From contig NC_004459.3 in the NCBI RefSeq assembly GCF_000039765.1, positions 2,691,127 to 2,723,126 of the forward strand: a stretch of DNA of 32,000 bases, given 5' to 3'. Below, in pieces: positions 1 to 8,915 of this stretch. A program made the translations under genes and the position numbers. Positions within the stretch are counted from its first letter, which is position 1. Every line of letters starts with the position of its first letter. Below the pieces are notes generated by a model. That model saw only the letters and a program-made list of their open reading frames with translations, was not told the DNA's origin and ran no database searches. The stretch is from Vibrio vulnificus CMCP6. GTDB taxonomy: Bacteria > Pseudomonadota > Gammaproteobacteria > Enterobacterales > Vibrionaceae.

Positions 1-2378
1 ATATTTATCCCGAAGCGACTCAGCTCCTCAACAAAAACACCCGTTTTTGGTTGGTAAAACCAACGGCCAGTCTCTCCGGTATTTCTGGTCTTGATGCTTT
101 GGTTTCTGGTAACTACATCGCTATTCAACCCGGCAATGACGACGATGAAGCCGAAACCGTGTTTTATGCTCTTGATAGCGCGCCCACCGATATTCTTGCC
201 GAAAAAGGGCTGACGATCACCTTACGTGCCCGCGATTTGGGTGGCGTCTCGATTGGTTCTAAAATTGTTTACAAGAAGATCCCTATCGGCGAAGTGTACA
301 GTTACCGCTTAGCGGAAAACGGTAAATCGGTGACCATTCTTGCTCGAATTGACGATGAATATCGCCACATCATTAACCAGCAGAGCCGATTTTGGAACGT
401 CAGTGGCATTGGGGCCAGCATTGGCTTTGAAGGTGTGGATGTACGTTTGGAAAGCATGAGCGCCTTATTTGGCGGCGCCATCGCGGTCGATTCGCCAGAT
501 GATGGTGAACCCGTGGAGAAAAATGCTCAGTTTCGTTTGTATCGCGACCTCAAAACCGCTGGCCGTGGGATTTCGGTACAAATCACCCTCCCCGATGGTC
601 ATAACATTAGCTCTAACGGCGCACCGATTATGTACCGAGGCATTGAAGTAGGTGAAATTACCAATCTTTCGCTTTCAGAAGGGCGTGAGGTGATTATTGC
701 CAATGCCGCTATTCAACCCGCCTTTAGCGACATGCTGACAACAGGCAGTGATTTTGTATTAGAAGAAGCCAAAGTGTCGCTTTCTGGTGTCGAAAACATC
801 AGCAATTTGGTTCGCGGTAACTTCCTTACCATCATTCCCGGTGACGGGGAAAAATCTCGCCGCTTTACTGCGATTAAAAAAGAGGAATATTCACAACAAC
901 AAGCTAAGTCCTTGTCTGTACGTCTCTTGTCCGACAGCTCGTACGGTCTCGATGCGGGTGCGAACATCCTTTACAAAGGGATTGTTGTTGGTTCGGTGAT
1001 CAAAGTCGGCCTGTTGGACGAAAAAACAGCCCGTCAACCTGCCAATGAAGTGTATCTTGATGTCCTCATCGACAAACAATACGCCTATTTAATTCGCGCC
1101 AACAACCGCTTTTTCGTAACGGGCAGTGCAACCGCTGAGCTGACTGAATCTGGCCTGAGTGTCACTGTACCGCCCGCTAAACAGCTACTCACAGGCTCGA
1201 TTAGCTTCGTCAGTGAAGGAAAAAACAACGCAAATCCAACCTATCAGCTGTTCCAAAGTCGCTCACTTGCCGAGTTGGCAAAGTTCAATCAAACAGGCTC
1301 GCAAACATTGACCCTGTTTGCTGCAGAATTACCGCCGATTTCAAAAGGAAGCCCCCTTCTCTACCGTAACCTACCCGTCGGTAGCGTCTCGGACTTCTCC
1401 TTAGCCAACGGTGGCGTCGAAGTCACTATCAGCATCGAGAATCGTTATAAGCATCTCATCAATGATCAAACGGTGTTTTGGAACCGCTCGGGCGTCGAAG
1501 TGGACGCCAGCTTGGCTGGTGTGGCGATCAAAGCCGCTCCGCTTAAAACACTACTACAAGGTGGGATTGCTTTTGACACGGTTGCTGGCATTGAGAACAA
1601 AACTGGGCAGCATTGGAAACTCTATCCGGACCAAAACCAAGCGCGTAAATTTGGTCGAATCATTACACTCAGAACCGATGGAGGCCAATCCCTCAGCAAA
1701 GGAATGGCGATCCAGTATCAAGGGGTCAAGGTAGGAGAAATCACGCTGGTGGCGCCTGATTTCAACAAAGGCATCGTAGAGGCATCAGCAAGAATTCTGC
1801 CAGAATACGTCGCCAATGTTGCTTTGCAAGGTTCGCATTTTTGGTTAGCGGAACCCAAAATTGGCCTAAATGGGGTAAAAAACATCGACGCCCTAATCAG
1901 CAAATACATCCAGGTAGAGCCAGGCAAAGGGAAAGCGGCATTCAGTTTTGAATTAGCCAATAAGCCACCTCATCCAACAGGAACTGTGTTTACACTACAA
2001 AGTGAGCATCGTGGCTCAGTCAGTGTTGGAACGCCGATTCTTTATCGCGATATGGAAGTGGGCAGCGTGACCGATGTCCAGCTTGGTAAGTTTGCTGATC
2101 GTGTTGTCTTTAGTATCGAGATTCAAAACGAATACGCTTATTTGGTCAGACAAAACAGCCTGTTTTGGAATGTGTCTGGCGTAGACGTTTCAATAGGCCT
2201 ATCCGGTGCCAACATTAAAGCTGGCTCATTTGATAGCTTGGTTCGAGGTGGCATTGCCTTCGCAACTCCACCGCAAAAACAATTAGAGCCTATCGCGCAG
2301 CAAGGCCAAGCATTTTTCCTCTACGACAAAGCCGAGGAAGATTGGAAAAAGTGGCGAACGGCCATTCCTAAACCTTAG
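1..2378 (+). CDS. letB: Multi-MCE-domain intermembrane transport protein, LetB/YebT (PqiB family); 5' end lies outside the window
   Basis: ORF 51..2378 stays open in the same frame back to base 3 (IYPEATQLLNKNTRFWLVKP...), so it is truncated by the window edge. At least six repeated MCE-type modules are visible, with recurring 'Y.G..VG.V' blocks followed by 'RFWNVSG / RFFVTGS / VFWNRSG / HFWLAEP / LFWNVSG'. rsmF(yebU) follows directly, as in the E. coli yebS-yebT-yebU arrangement. Confidence 0.8.
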   Translation, partial: IYPEATQLLNKNTRFWLVKPTASLSGISGLDALVSGNYIAIQPGNDDDEAETVFYALDSAPTDILAEKGLTITLRARDLGGVSIGSKIVYKKIPIGEVYSYRLAENGKSVTILARIDDEYRHIINQQSRFWNVSGIGASIGFEGVDVRLESMSALFGGAIAVDSPDDGEPVEKNAQFRLYRDLKTAGRGISVQITLPDGHNISSNGAPIMYRGIEVGEITNLSLSEGREVIIANAAIQPAFSDMLTTGSDFVLEEAKVSLSGVENISNLVRGNFLTIIPGDGEKSRRFTAIKKEEYSQQQAKSLSVRLLSDSSYGLDAGANILYKGIVVGSVIKVGLLDEKTARQPANEVYLDVLIDKQYAYLIRANNRFFVTGSATAELTESGLSVTVPPAKQLLTGSISFVSEGKNNANPTYQLFQSRSLAELAKFNQTGSQTLTLFAAELPPISKGSPLLYRNLPVGSVSDFSLANGGVEVTISIENRYKHLINDQTVFWNRSGVEVDASLAGVAIKAAPLKTLLQGGIAFDTVAGIENKTGQHWKLYPDQNQARKFGRIITLRTDGGQSLSKGMAIQYQGVKVGEITLVAPDFNKGIVEASARILPEYVANVALQGSHFWLAEPKIGLNGVKNIDALISKYIQVEPGKGKAAFSFELANKPPHPTGTVFTLQSEHRGSVSVGTPILYRDMEVGSVTDVQLGKFADRVVFSIEIQNEYAYLVRQNSLFWNVSGVDVSIGLSGANIKAGSFDSLVRGGIAFATPPQKQLEPIAQQGQAFFLYDKAEEDWKKWRTAIPKP

Positions 2379-2387
2379 TGTGACTCT

Positions 2388-2419
2388 AAATGCAGCTTTC
2401 GGGCTGCATTTTTATTTTT
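2388..2419 (+). terminator. Rho-independent terminator after letB
   Basis: Stem AAATGCAGC (2388-2396) / GCTGCATTT (2403-2411) with loop TTTCGG, followed by a T-rich run TTTTTATTTTT. It starts 10 nt after the letB stop codon. Confidence 0.8.
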
Positions 2420-2476
2420 GTCTGCTCGCCAATTCGTTTATCATTCCCCTCCCATATTGGCACCTGGAACCCTACT

Positions 2477-3895
2477 GTGCATTCAAACGTCTATCTGCCA
2501 GAAACCTTTCTGGAAAAAATCAAAACCATCCTACCTAGCGCCTTGAACATGGACGACTTTATCGCCTATTGTCAGCAGCCACTGCGTAAAAGTATCCGCG
2601 TCAACACGCTCAAGATCTCCGTTGATGCCTTTCTGACCATCGCGCAAGAGAAAGGTTGGACGCTTCACCCTGTTCCTTGGTGTGAAACCGGTTTTTGGAT
2701 TGAGGCAGATGAAAGCAAAGTGCCGCTTGGCAACACGGCTGAGCATATGTGCGGTTTGTTCTATATTCAAGAAGCCAGCTCAATGATGCCAGTTAGCGCG
2801 CTCTTTCTGGGTGAAAACCAATTTGAATCGGTGCTGGATACCGCCGCGGCACCTGGCTCTAAAACCACACAAATCGCAGCATTAATGAACAACCAAGGCA
2901 TTTTGGTCGCGAACGAGTATGCTGCAAGCCGAGTGAAAGTGCTTCACGCCAACATTGAACGTTGTGGTGTTCGAAATGCAGCATTGAGTAACTTTGATGG
3001 CCGCGTGTTTGGTGGTTGGCTACCGGAATCGTTTGACGCCGTGTTGCTTGACGCCCCTTGTTCAGGTGAAGGCACCGTGCGTAAAGACGAAGATGCCATG
3101 AAAAACTGGTCCCAAGAATCGGTACTGGAAATTGCCGCGACACAAAAAGATTTGATCGAAAGTGCGTTTCAAGCGCTCAAACCGGGCGGTGTCATGGTTT
3201 ACTCAACCTGCACATTGAGCGAAGAAGAAAACCAGCAAGTTTGTCACCATCTAAAACACACTTTTGGCGATGCAGTGGCGTTTGAAAGTTTGAGCTCGCT
3301 CTTTGATGGCGCAGAGAAAGCGCTAACAGAAGATGGGTTTCTGCATATTTTCCCGCAAGTGTACGACAGTGAAGGTTTCTTCGTCGCGCGTATTCGCAAA
3401 CTGGCGTCGGTCAACAGTCCAGACGTCAACAAGAAAATGGGTAAGTTTCCATTTCAAAAAGCGAGTAAAAAAGAGAGCGCTTTGATTGAAAAATCCCTCT
3501 CTGATTCACTCGATATCAGTTTACCAGCGGACAGCACCATTTGGTTACGAGACAACGATGTTTGGCTCTTCCCTAATGCTTTAGAACCCATGCTGGGTGA
3601 ACTGCGTTTCTCTCGCATGGGGATCAAGCTGGCTGAAAAGCACAAGAATGGCTATCGTTGGCAGCATCAGATTGCGACAACACTAGCCAGTGGCGATGAG
3701 AAAACCGTTGTGGACATTGACACCGATGCCGCACGCGAATGGTTTATGGGCCGCGATATCTACCCAGAAAACAGTGGCAAAGGCGAAGTTTTCGTTCGCT
3801 ACCAAGGCGCAATTATTGGTTTGGGTAAGTGGGTAAGTAACAAAATTAAGAATGGATTACCGCGAGAATTAGTCAGAGATAAGAATTTGTTCTAA
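2477..3895 (+). CDS. rsmF: 16S rRNA (cytosine1407-C5)-methyltransferase RsmF/YebU
   Basis: The ORF track gives 2390..3895, but the ATG at 2390 sits inside the letB terminator hairpin. The in-frame GTG at 2477 gives VHSNVYLPETFLEKIKTILP, which matches in length the N-terminus I recall for E. coli RsmF ([21 protein letters not shown]). SAM-MTase motifs are present: DTAAAPGSKTTQ, LLDAPCSGEGTVRKD, YSTCTL. The C-terminal PUA-like region includes GYRWQH and LPRELVRD. Confidence 0.85.
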   Translation: MHSNVYLPETFLEKIKTILPSALNMDDFIAYCQQPLRKSIRVNTLKISVDAFLTIAQEKGWTLHPVPWCETGFWIEADESKVPLGNTAEHMCGLFYIQEASSMMPVSALFLGENQFESVLDTAAAPGSKTTQIAALMNNQGILVANEYAASRVKVLHANIERCGVRNAALSNFDGRVFGGWLPESFDAVLLDAPCSGEGTVRKDEDAMKNWSQESVLEIAATQKDLIESAFQALKPGGVMVYSTCTLSEEENQQVCHHLKHTFGDAVAFESLSSLFDGAEKALTEDGFLHIFPQVYDSEGFFVARIRKLASVNSPDVNKKMGKFPFQKASKKESALIEKSLSDSLDISLPADSTIWLRDNDVWLFPNALEPMLGELRFSRMGIKLAEKHKNGYRWQHQIATTLASGDEKTVVDIDTDAAREWFMGRDIYPENSGKGEVFVRYQGAIIGLGKWVSNKIKNGLPRELVRDKNLF

Positions 3896-4110
3896 ATCTA
3901 AGACTGCTTCCAGAATCAGCGCTGCGTGAGTCTGAGAACCAAGCAGCGCAGTAAGCCTGTACTACACTTAGGATCAGTTGGATGTGAAACCCAAGTAAGA
4001 ATCTCCCCTCCAGTAACATTCTTACCATTCACATAGCAACACCGTTTAGCGCAGGCTCTTAAGAGCCATTTCCCCTAGGCCCACCGACGGAACCGATGGG
4101 CCTCTTTTTT
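3896..4110 (+). ncRNA. Candidate structured 3'UTR or 3'UTR-derived sRNA downstream of rsmF (hypothetical)
   Basis: Four hairpins fall within 215 nt. (1) GCGCTGC 3918-3924 / GCAGCGC 3942-3948. (2) GTAAGAAT 3994-4001 / ATTCTTAC 4017-4024, with a C-rich loop CTCCCCTCCAGTAAC. (3) The palindrome GGCTCTTAAGAGCC at 4053-4066. (4) A terminator hairpin at 4076-4102 followed by T7. No convincing sigma-70 promoter was seen. Confidence 0.25.
4076..4110 (+). terminator. Rho-independent terminator (+ strand)
   Basis: Stem AGGCCCA (4076-4082) / TGGGCCT (4096-4102) with a 13-nt loop, followed by C and then seven T (4104-4110). There is no matching U-tract for the minus strand. Confidence 0.7.
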
Positions 4111-4131
4111 TCTGGCAAGAATGACCAGTGA

Positions 4132-4968
4132 TTACTTCACCGCGCGAATACCATCTTTCTCAATGACGATCTTGCCTGCTTTAAACAATCCGCCGATGGT
4201 TTTCTTGTATGTCCCTTTGCTAGTGCGAAAAGCCGTAAAAATTGCCTCTGGAGTCGACTTATCGTTGAGTGGCAAAAAGCCCCCTTTCTTTTCAAGTAGC
4301 TCGAGGACTTTTTCAGAAAGATCGTCCATTTTGGCAACGCCCACTTTTTGCAATGCAAGGTCAATTTTGCCATCTTCACGAACGTTTTTGATGTATCCCT
4401 TCAGTTTCTTGCCAATAAACAGCTTGCCAAAAACATCCGATGGAAAAATCATGCCCCAGTGTGAACCGTTCACAATCGCTTTGAAGCCCAACTGACTGCG
4501 CTCAGCAATGATCAGATCCACTTGCTCGTTGCGGATGTAATTCGCTGGCGTTTTATCAAGCAGCTTATTGAATTTGGTGGTGCCGACAATTCGGCCAGAG
4601 GCTTTATCGGTGTATACATACACGAGAATCGATTGACCAGCGGTAAAACGACTGCGTTGCTCACTGTATGGCACTAGCAGATCTTTCTCTTTGATGCCCC
4701 AGTTAACAAAAGCACCCGTGCTGTTGACCCCCTCAACCTTCATCAAGCCCCATTCGCCCACTTGTGCGATTGGCGTTTCAGTTGTAGCAGCCAATTGATT
4801 GTCGGAGTCAAAGTAAATAAAGACATCGATTTGAGCGCCGACGTCACAACCTTCTGGCACATGTTTGTTTGCCAGTAAAATGCTGCCGTAGTCTTTTCCA
4901 TCTAGGAATACACCAAAATCTGTGCGTTTAGTTACTTCTAAGTTGTTAATTTGACCAACTTTAATCAT
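4132..4968 (-). CDS. S1 RNA-binding-domain protein, CvfB/YitL family (COG2996-like)
   Basis: 278-aa ORF. It contains repeated S1-like beta-barrel segments (FGVFLDG..., GAFVNWG..., GFKAIVNG...) and a C-terminal winged-helix-like tail. Identified from my recollection of the family only. Confidence 0.7.
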   Translation of the reverse strand: MIKVGQINNLEVTKRTDFGVFLDGKDYGSILLANKHVPEGCDVGAQIDVFIYFDSDNQLAATTETPIAQVGEWGLMKVEGVNSTGAFVNWGIKEKDLLVPYSEQRSRFTAGQSILVYVYTDKASGRIVGTTKFNKLLDKTPANYIRNEQVDLIIAERSQLGFKAIVNGSHWGMIFPSDVFGKLFIGKKLKGYIKNVREDGKIDLALQKVGVAKMDDLSEKVLELLEKKGGFLPLNDKSTPEAIFTAFRTSKGTYKKTIGGLFKAGKIVIEKDGIRAVK

Positions 4969-5064
4969 TGAATATATCTCACTGCAAATTTGCAGAGATT
5001 ATACGTGATCTCTGCTATTCTTGCGCAAGTCTCAATACAATTATTTATCAAATAGGGTATTTCG

Positions 5065-6423
5065 TTGATTTCAGTCGATAAACAAGACTCCATCACCCTC
5101 AAGATCAGCCATATTATGGGGGCAAGTAAAAAACTCGATCTCGACTTCTACCTATTCGTACCTGGAGAGCTTGGGCTAACGCCTGAAGTGCTCTCTGAAT
5201 CTGAGTTTTACTATACCTCTGTGGTGCAAAAGCGTTCTTATTACAGTGACAAAACGCTACTTCCGCTGGTACACAGCCGATTAGCGCAGCGGGGGCGTTT
5301 ATCCAACACTCAGTATCGTGTTAGCTTGAGTTTGTTTGCTTATCAATACGTTATTGCACTCGATAAAGCCGTGGCTAAACTGAATGAGCAATCCAGTGAC
5401 GGCGTCACCGAAGATCAAGTCGATGAGGTGATTGAGATTTCTCTCGATATCCTCAAACGGCTACGCCGCTCTATCCCGTATGAAGAGATTCTTAAGCGTT
5501 ATTACGTCAACATCGACAACTATCTTTCTTGGTACACAGAACAAAAATTTCTTGCCTTAGTTGCCCACTTACCACGTGAAGGAGATTACAGCACCATCAA
5601 GGATCGCTTAATCACTCTCTGCGAAAAAGAGCAAGCACATCGAAAACTCAATAAGTACAACTCATCCAACGCAGCAGACGATGCAACGCGCATGACCAAC
5701 AAAATGCGTTTACTGCGCCGCTTGATTGAGCACCCGATTGTGTTGAATGAAAAAACCACCTCACTAGGCAAGAACATCAAACGCATGATCAAAGGCTTGG
5801 CAACGGGTCTTGTGATGGTGTTTGTCACAACCACGGTCATTTCTGCGCGAGATTATCTTGGCGAAATTTCTGCGTCATTCATCGTCGCCATGTCGATCAT
5901 TTATGCTTTACGTGAAATCTTTAAAGATGACTTACGTGACATGATGTGGCGTTGGATCCGCAAAGGTAAGCCGAAGTGGCGTCGTAAATACACCGACCCC
6001 ACAACAGGGAAAGAGGTCGGCCACAAGTTGGAATGGTTAGATTACACCGTCATCAATAAACTGCCGGATCGCATTCAAGCCATTCGCAAACGACGTGTGG
6101 TTCAGCGTGAAGAGCAAATTCTTCACTACCACGCCAAAACGGAAATGTCGACGTCTCGCTTTTTGAGTGGCTATGAGCAAACACGCGAAACGTTCAACAT
6201 CAGTTTAAGACCATTTACACGTTTGATGGACAAAGGCAGCAACCGTATCTATCGGCTACAAGATGGGCAAGTCAGTCGCGAATCAGTGGAAAAACGCCAT
6301 CTCTTTAATCTGATTGTGAAAGAAAACACCCACCAAGGTGAGCCCGTTTACTACCGCTGGAAAATTGTCATGAATCGCTCGAAAATTGTTGCCATCGAGA
6401 AAATCGAACAACCTGAAACCTAG
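5065..6423 (+). CDS. Uncharacterised membrane protein (two central TM helices); function unknown
   Basis: 452-aa ORF with a TTG start at 5065 and AGGG 7 nt upstream; an alternative ATG lies at 5116. The hydrophobic pair GLATGLVMVFVTTTVI / ISASFIVAMSIIYAL is followed by a very basic stretch (WRWIRKGKPKWRRKY). I recognise no catalytic motif. Confidence 0.6.
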   Translation: MISVDKQDSITLKISHIMGASKKLDLDFYLFVPGELGLTPEVLSESEFYYTSVVQKRSYYSDKTLLPLVHSRLAQRGRLSNTQYRVSLSLFAYQYVIALDKAVAKLNEQSSDGVTEDQVDEVIEISLDILKRLRRSIPYEEILKRYYVNIDNYLSWYTEQKFLALVAHLPREGDYSTIKDRLITLCEKEQAHRKLNKYNSSNAADDATRMTNKMRLLRRLIEHPIVLNEKTTSLGKNIKRMIKGLATGLVMVFVTTTVISARDYLGEISASFIVAMSIIYALREIFKDDLRDMMWRWIRKGKPKWRRKYTDPTTGKEVGHKLEWLDYTVINKLPDRIQAIRKRRVVQREEQILHYHAKTEMSTSRFLSGYEQTRETFNISLRPFTRLMDKGSNRIYRLQDGQVSRESVEKRHLFNLIVKENTHQGEPVYYRWKIVMNRSKIVAIEKIEQPET

Positions 6424-6425
6424 CG

Positions 6426-6911
6426 TTACGCCCTAGGCGTCACTTTTTTAATCGATAGGGTTAAATCAAATTCGGCCATCGGCTCATCCCCATGCAAGGT
6501 GGGACAAAGCGCGGTAATTCGAACATCTTGATTAACCCTTTCACCTGTTTGCATGGTTTGAGCCAGCATTTGGTCGATCAAAGGGCCATCATGGCAAACA
6601 AAATGCACATCCGCCTCTGGCCTTTTTAGAAATTCCGCCTTTACGCCCTTAAACGCCAAGGAAATTTTCTCTCCTTGATTTTTGGCTTTGCTCATCGCCA
6701 AAAAACCACCTGCCACATCCGCACCAACGGCTAATGCACCGAAGTACATGCTATTCAGGTGATTCTTTGTTCGTTTTCTAAGGGGGATTTTCACTTCCAC
6801 CATTTTTTCATCAATGGCAATGATTTTGGGGCGACACAACCAGATCAGTGGGACTTTAGAAAACCCAAACATATTGAGATAAAGATTGGCTTTTTGTAGT
6901 GACGTAAGCAT
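6426..6911 (-). CDS. DUF4442 / PaaI-like hot-dog fold protein (putative thioesterase)
   Basis: 161-aa ORF. The pattern '...NHLNSMYFGALAVGADVAGG...' is typical of the hot-dog fold YiiD_C/DUF4442 group. The gene is convergent with the previous one, leaving a 2-nt gap. Confidence 0.6.
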   Translation of the reverse strand: MLTSLQKANLYLNMFGFSKVPLIWLCRPKIIAIDEKMVEVKIPLRKRTKNHLNSMYFGALAVGADVAGGFLAMSKAKNQGEKISLAFKGVKAEFLKRPEADVHFVCHDGPLIDQMLAQTMQTGERVNQDVRITALCPTLHGDEPMAEFDLTLSIKKVTPRA

Positions 6912-7251
6912 AGTGGCGTTTCCTCATAACTAGTCTGACCAGTTTCCTGCGCACAGCGCCAGTTGTCAAAGAATTGTTAACAAAAATCATCAAGTCGCTG
7001 AGTCCATCACGAATTTATCCCCGCGATTCATCATCAATTCAGTGGAAAATGTTCATTAACTCCCTTTTCATTAAGGCTTTTATTTATTAACAGTTACTCA
7101 TACTGTTTCACTTACGCTTATATTCATTTTAATTCACGCCAGCTTTACAGTTTGACACGTAAATAGATGGCTAAGAATCCCGTTAAATGGTTTATTCCTG
7201 TGGCTAATTCCGTTATCTTTACCGCTTCGTAATAAAATACAAAGCTATCAC

Positions 7252-8304
7252 ATGCCACTAAAAACAGATGAATTGAGAACCCAACCTTTGGGTCCAATGC
7301 CAACTCCCGCTGAGTTGAGCCAAGCCCATCCGATTACCGACGATGTGGCCGAGCGAATTGCGAAATCTCGCAGACAAATTGAAGATATTTTAACGGGTAA
7401 GGACAACCGCCTTTTGGTGATTGTCGGTCCTTGCTCTGTGCACGATACTGAAGCCGCGATTGATTACGCGACGCGTTTAAGCTCGATTCAAGAGCTGTAT
7501 CGCGATGAGCTGTTCATCGTTATGCGCACCTACTTTGAAAAACCACGCACTGTGGTGGGCTGGAAAGGCCTCATTACCGACCCAAATCTGGATGGCTCTT
7601 ACGCACTAGAAGCAGGCCTGCATAAAGCACGTAAGCTATTGCTCGACATCAACAAACTTGGCCTTGCTACCGCAACTGAGTTTCTTGACATGATCACTGG
7701 TCAATATATTGCTGATTTGATCACTTGGGGCGCGATTGGTGCTCGAACCACTGAATCGCAAATTCACCGTGAAATGGCATCTGCACTCTCCTGCCCGGTT
7801 GGCTTTAAAAACGGCACCAACGGCAACGTGAAAATTGCGATTGACGCAATTCGAGCATCAAAAGCTTCGCATTACTTCTACTCTCCAGATAAAAATGGCC
7901 GCATGACCGTTTACCGCACCAGTGGTAACCCATATGGACACATTATTCTGCGTGGTGGTGATACCGGCCCTAACTTTGATGCAAAATCGGTTGAGTCTGC
8001 CTGTCAATCACTGGCTGAGTTCGATTTGCCACAGCGTTTGATCGTTGATTTCAGTCACGCGAACTGTGAAAAGCAACATCGTAAACAGCTCGATGTCGCG
8101 CAAGACATTTGTAACCAGCTAAAAGCAGGCAGCACTTATATCGCAGGCATCATGGCAGAAAGCTTTATTACCGAAGGCAATCAGCCGATGACTGACCTTG
8201 ATAACTTGACCTACGGCCAATCGATCACTGACCCTTGCCTAAGCTGGGAACACACAGCGCAAATGCTGGACATGCTTGCGACTGCTGTAAAAGAAAGCCG
8301 TTAA
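7252..8304 (+). CDS. aroH: 3-deoxy-7-phosphoheptulonate (DAHP) synthase, class I, closest to the Trp-sensitive isozyme
   Basis: 350 aa. The N-terminus TDELRT...TPAEL...RLLVIVGPCSVHD, and the core MRTYFEKPRTVVGWKGLI, GAIGARTTESQIHREMASALSCPVGFKNGT and YGQSITDPCL, match my recollection of E. coli AroH better than AroF or AroG. Confidence 0.85.
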   Translation: MPLKTDELRTQPLGPMPTPAELSQAHPITDDVAERIAKSRRQIEDILTGKDNRLLVIVGPCSVHDTEAAIDYATRLSSIQELYRDELFIVMRTYFEKPRTVVGWKGLITDPNLDGSYALEAGLHKARKLLLDINKLGLATATEFLDMITGQYIADLITWGAIGARTTESQIHREMASALSCPVGFKNGTNGNVKIAIDAIRASKASHYFYSPDKNGRMTVYRTSGNPYGHIILRGGDTGPNFDAKSVESACQSLAEFDLPQRLIVDFSHANCEKQHRKQLDVAQDICNQLKAGSTYIAGIMAESFITEGNQPMTDLDNLTYGQSITDPCLSWEHTAQMLDMLATAVKESR

Positions 8305-8329
8305 GATAATAACTATAGGAACTTAAACC

Positions 8330-8812
8330 ATGCCGTCATTTGACATTGTTTCTGAAATCGATACCGTTGAACTACGCAACGCTGTAGACAACTCAAACCG
8401 TGAGCTTTCGACTCGTTTTGATTTTCGTAACGTGCAAGCTAGCTTTGAGCTAGTAGAGCAAACGGTAAAAGTCTCTGCTGAAGGTGACTTCCAGTTAAAG
8501 CAAATGCGCGATATTTTACGTGGTCACCTTGCTAAGCGTGGCGTTGACGCAAACTCTATGGATGCGAAAACGGCTGAGCAGACAGGCAAAAATTGGCATC
8601 AAGACATTGTTTTCCTGCAAGGCATTGAAACGCCAATGGCGAAAAAAATCGTTAAGCTGATTAAAGATGCCAAACTGAAAGTACAAGCTTCTATCCAAGG
8701 CGACAAAGTTCGCGTAACGGGTAAAAAACGCGACGATTTGCAAGAGACTATTGCAGCAATTCGTGCCGCAGAACTTGGCCAACCGTTCCAGTTCAATAAC
8801 TTCCGTGATTAA
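8330..8812 (+). CDS. yajQ: YajQ family (UPF0234) nucleotide / cyclic-di-GMP-binding protein
   Basis: 160 aa. It begins [27 protein letters not shown], the signature YajQ N-terminus. AGGAA lies 10 nt upstream of the ATG, and the gene starts 25 nt after aroH, so co-transcription is likely. Confidence 0.85.
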   Translation: MPSFDIVSEIDTVELRNAVDNSNRELSTRFDFRNVQASFELVEQTVKVSAEGDFQLKQMRDILRGHLAKRGVDANSMDAKTAEQTGKNWHQDIVFLQGIETPMAKKIVKLIKDAKLKVQASIQGDKVRVTGKKRDDLQETIAAIRAAELGQPFQFNNFRD

Positions 8813-8837
8813 TCGCGATATCGCGATCATATCCAAC

Positions 8838-8866
8838 GAAAAAAGCCTCTGATGAGGCTTTTTGTT
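8838..8866. terminator. Bidirectional rho-independent terminator between the convergent yajQ and GGDEF genes
   Basis: Stem AAAAGCCTC (8841-8849) / GAGGCTTTT (8854-8862) with loop TGAT. It has an A-run on the 5' side and a T-run on the 3' side, so it is usable on both strands. Confidence 0.8.
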
Positions 8867-8915
8867 TATCTGCGACATAATAAACACTGCGCAGAAAGGA
8901 AAAAAGAAAATGGAC

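Noticed and set aside
2390-2476. ATG at 2390 as the rsmF start, which adds 29 N-terminal residues (MQLSGCIFIFVCSPIRLSF...)
   Set aside because: The ATG lies inside the letB terminator hairpin. The extra residues resemble translated terminator and intergenic sequence. The GTG at 2477 reproduces the N-terminal length and sequence pattern I recall for E. coli RsmF.
3960-3990. CsrB-like sRNA, suggested by AGGA/GGA motifs in ttAGGAtcagttGGAtg
   Set aside because: There are only two GGA motifs. Csr-family decoy RNAs carry many, displayed in hairpin loops.
6415-6435. Hairpin spanning the two convergent stop codons (CCTAGCG...CGCCCTAGG), considered as a shared terminator
   Set aside because: The stem is interrupted by a 2-nt bulge, only 3+4 bp pair, and there is no U-tract on either strand.
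6925-7251. TrpR or TyrR operators and an attenuator upstream of the AroH-like gene. Candidates were AACTAGTctgACCAGTT at ~6928-6944, TTTACA...GTAAA at ~7145-7165, and a 13-codon Phe/Ile-rich mini-ORF MFINSLFIKAFIY at ~7049-7090
   Set aside because: The ACTAG-containing repeat has only one CTAG, and it abuts the start of the divergent gene. The TTTACA/GTAAA pair is in the wrong orientation for a TyrR box (TGTAAA-N6-TTTACA). The mini-ORF has no Trp codons, only a weak RBS, and no terminator/antiterminator pair that I could fold.
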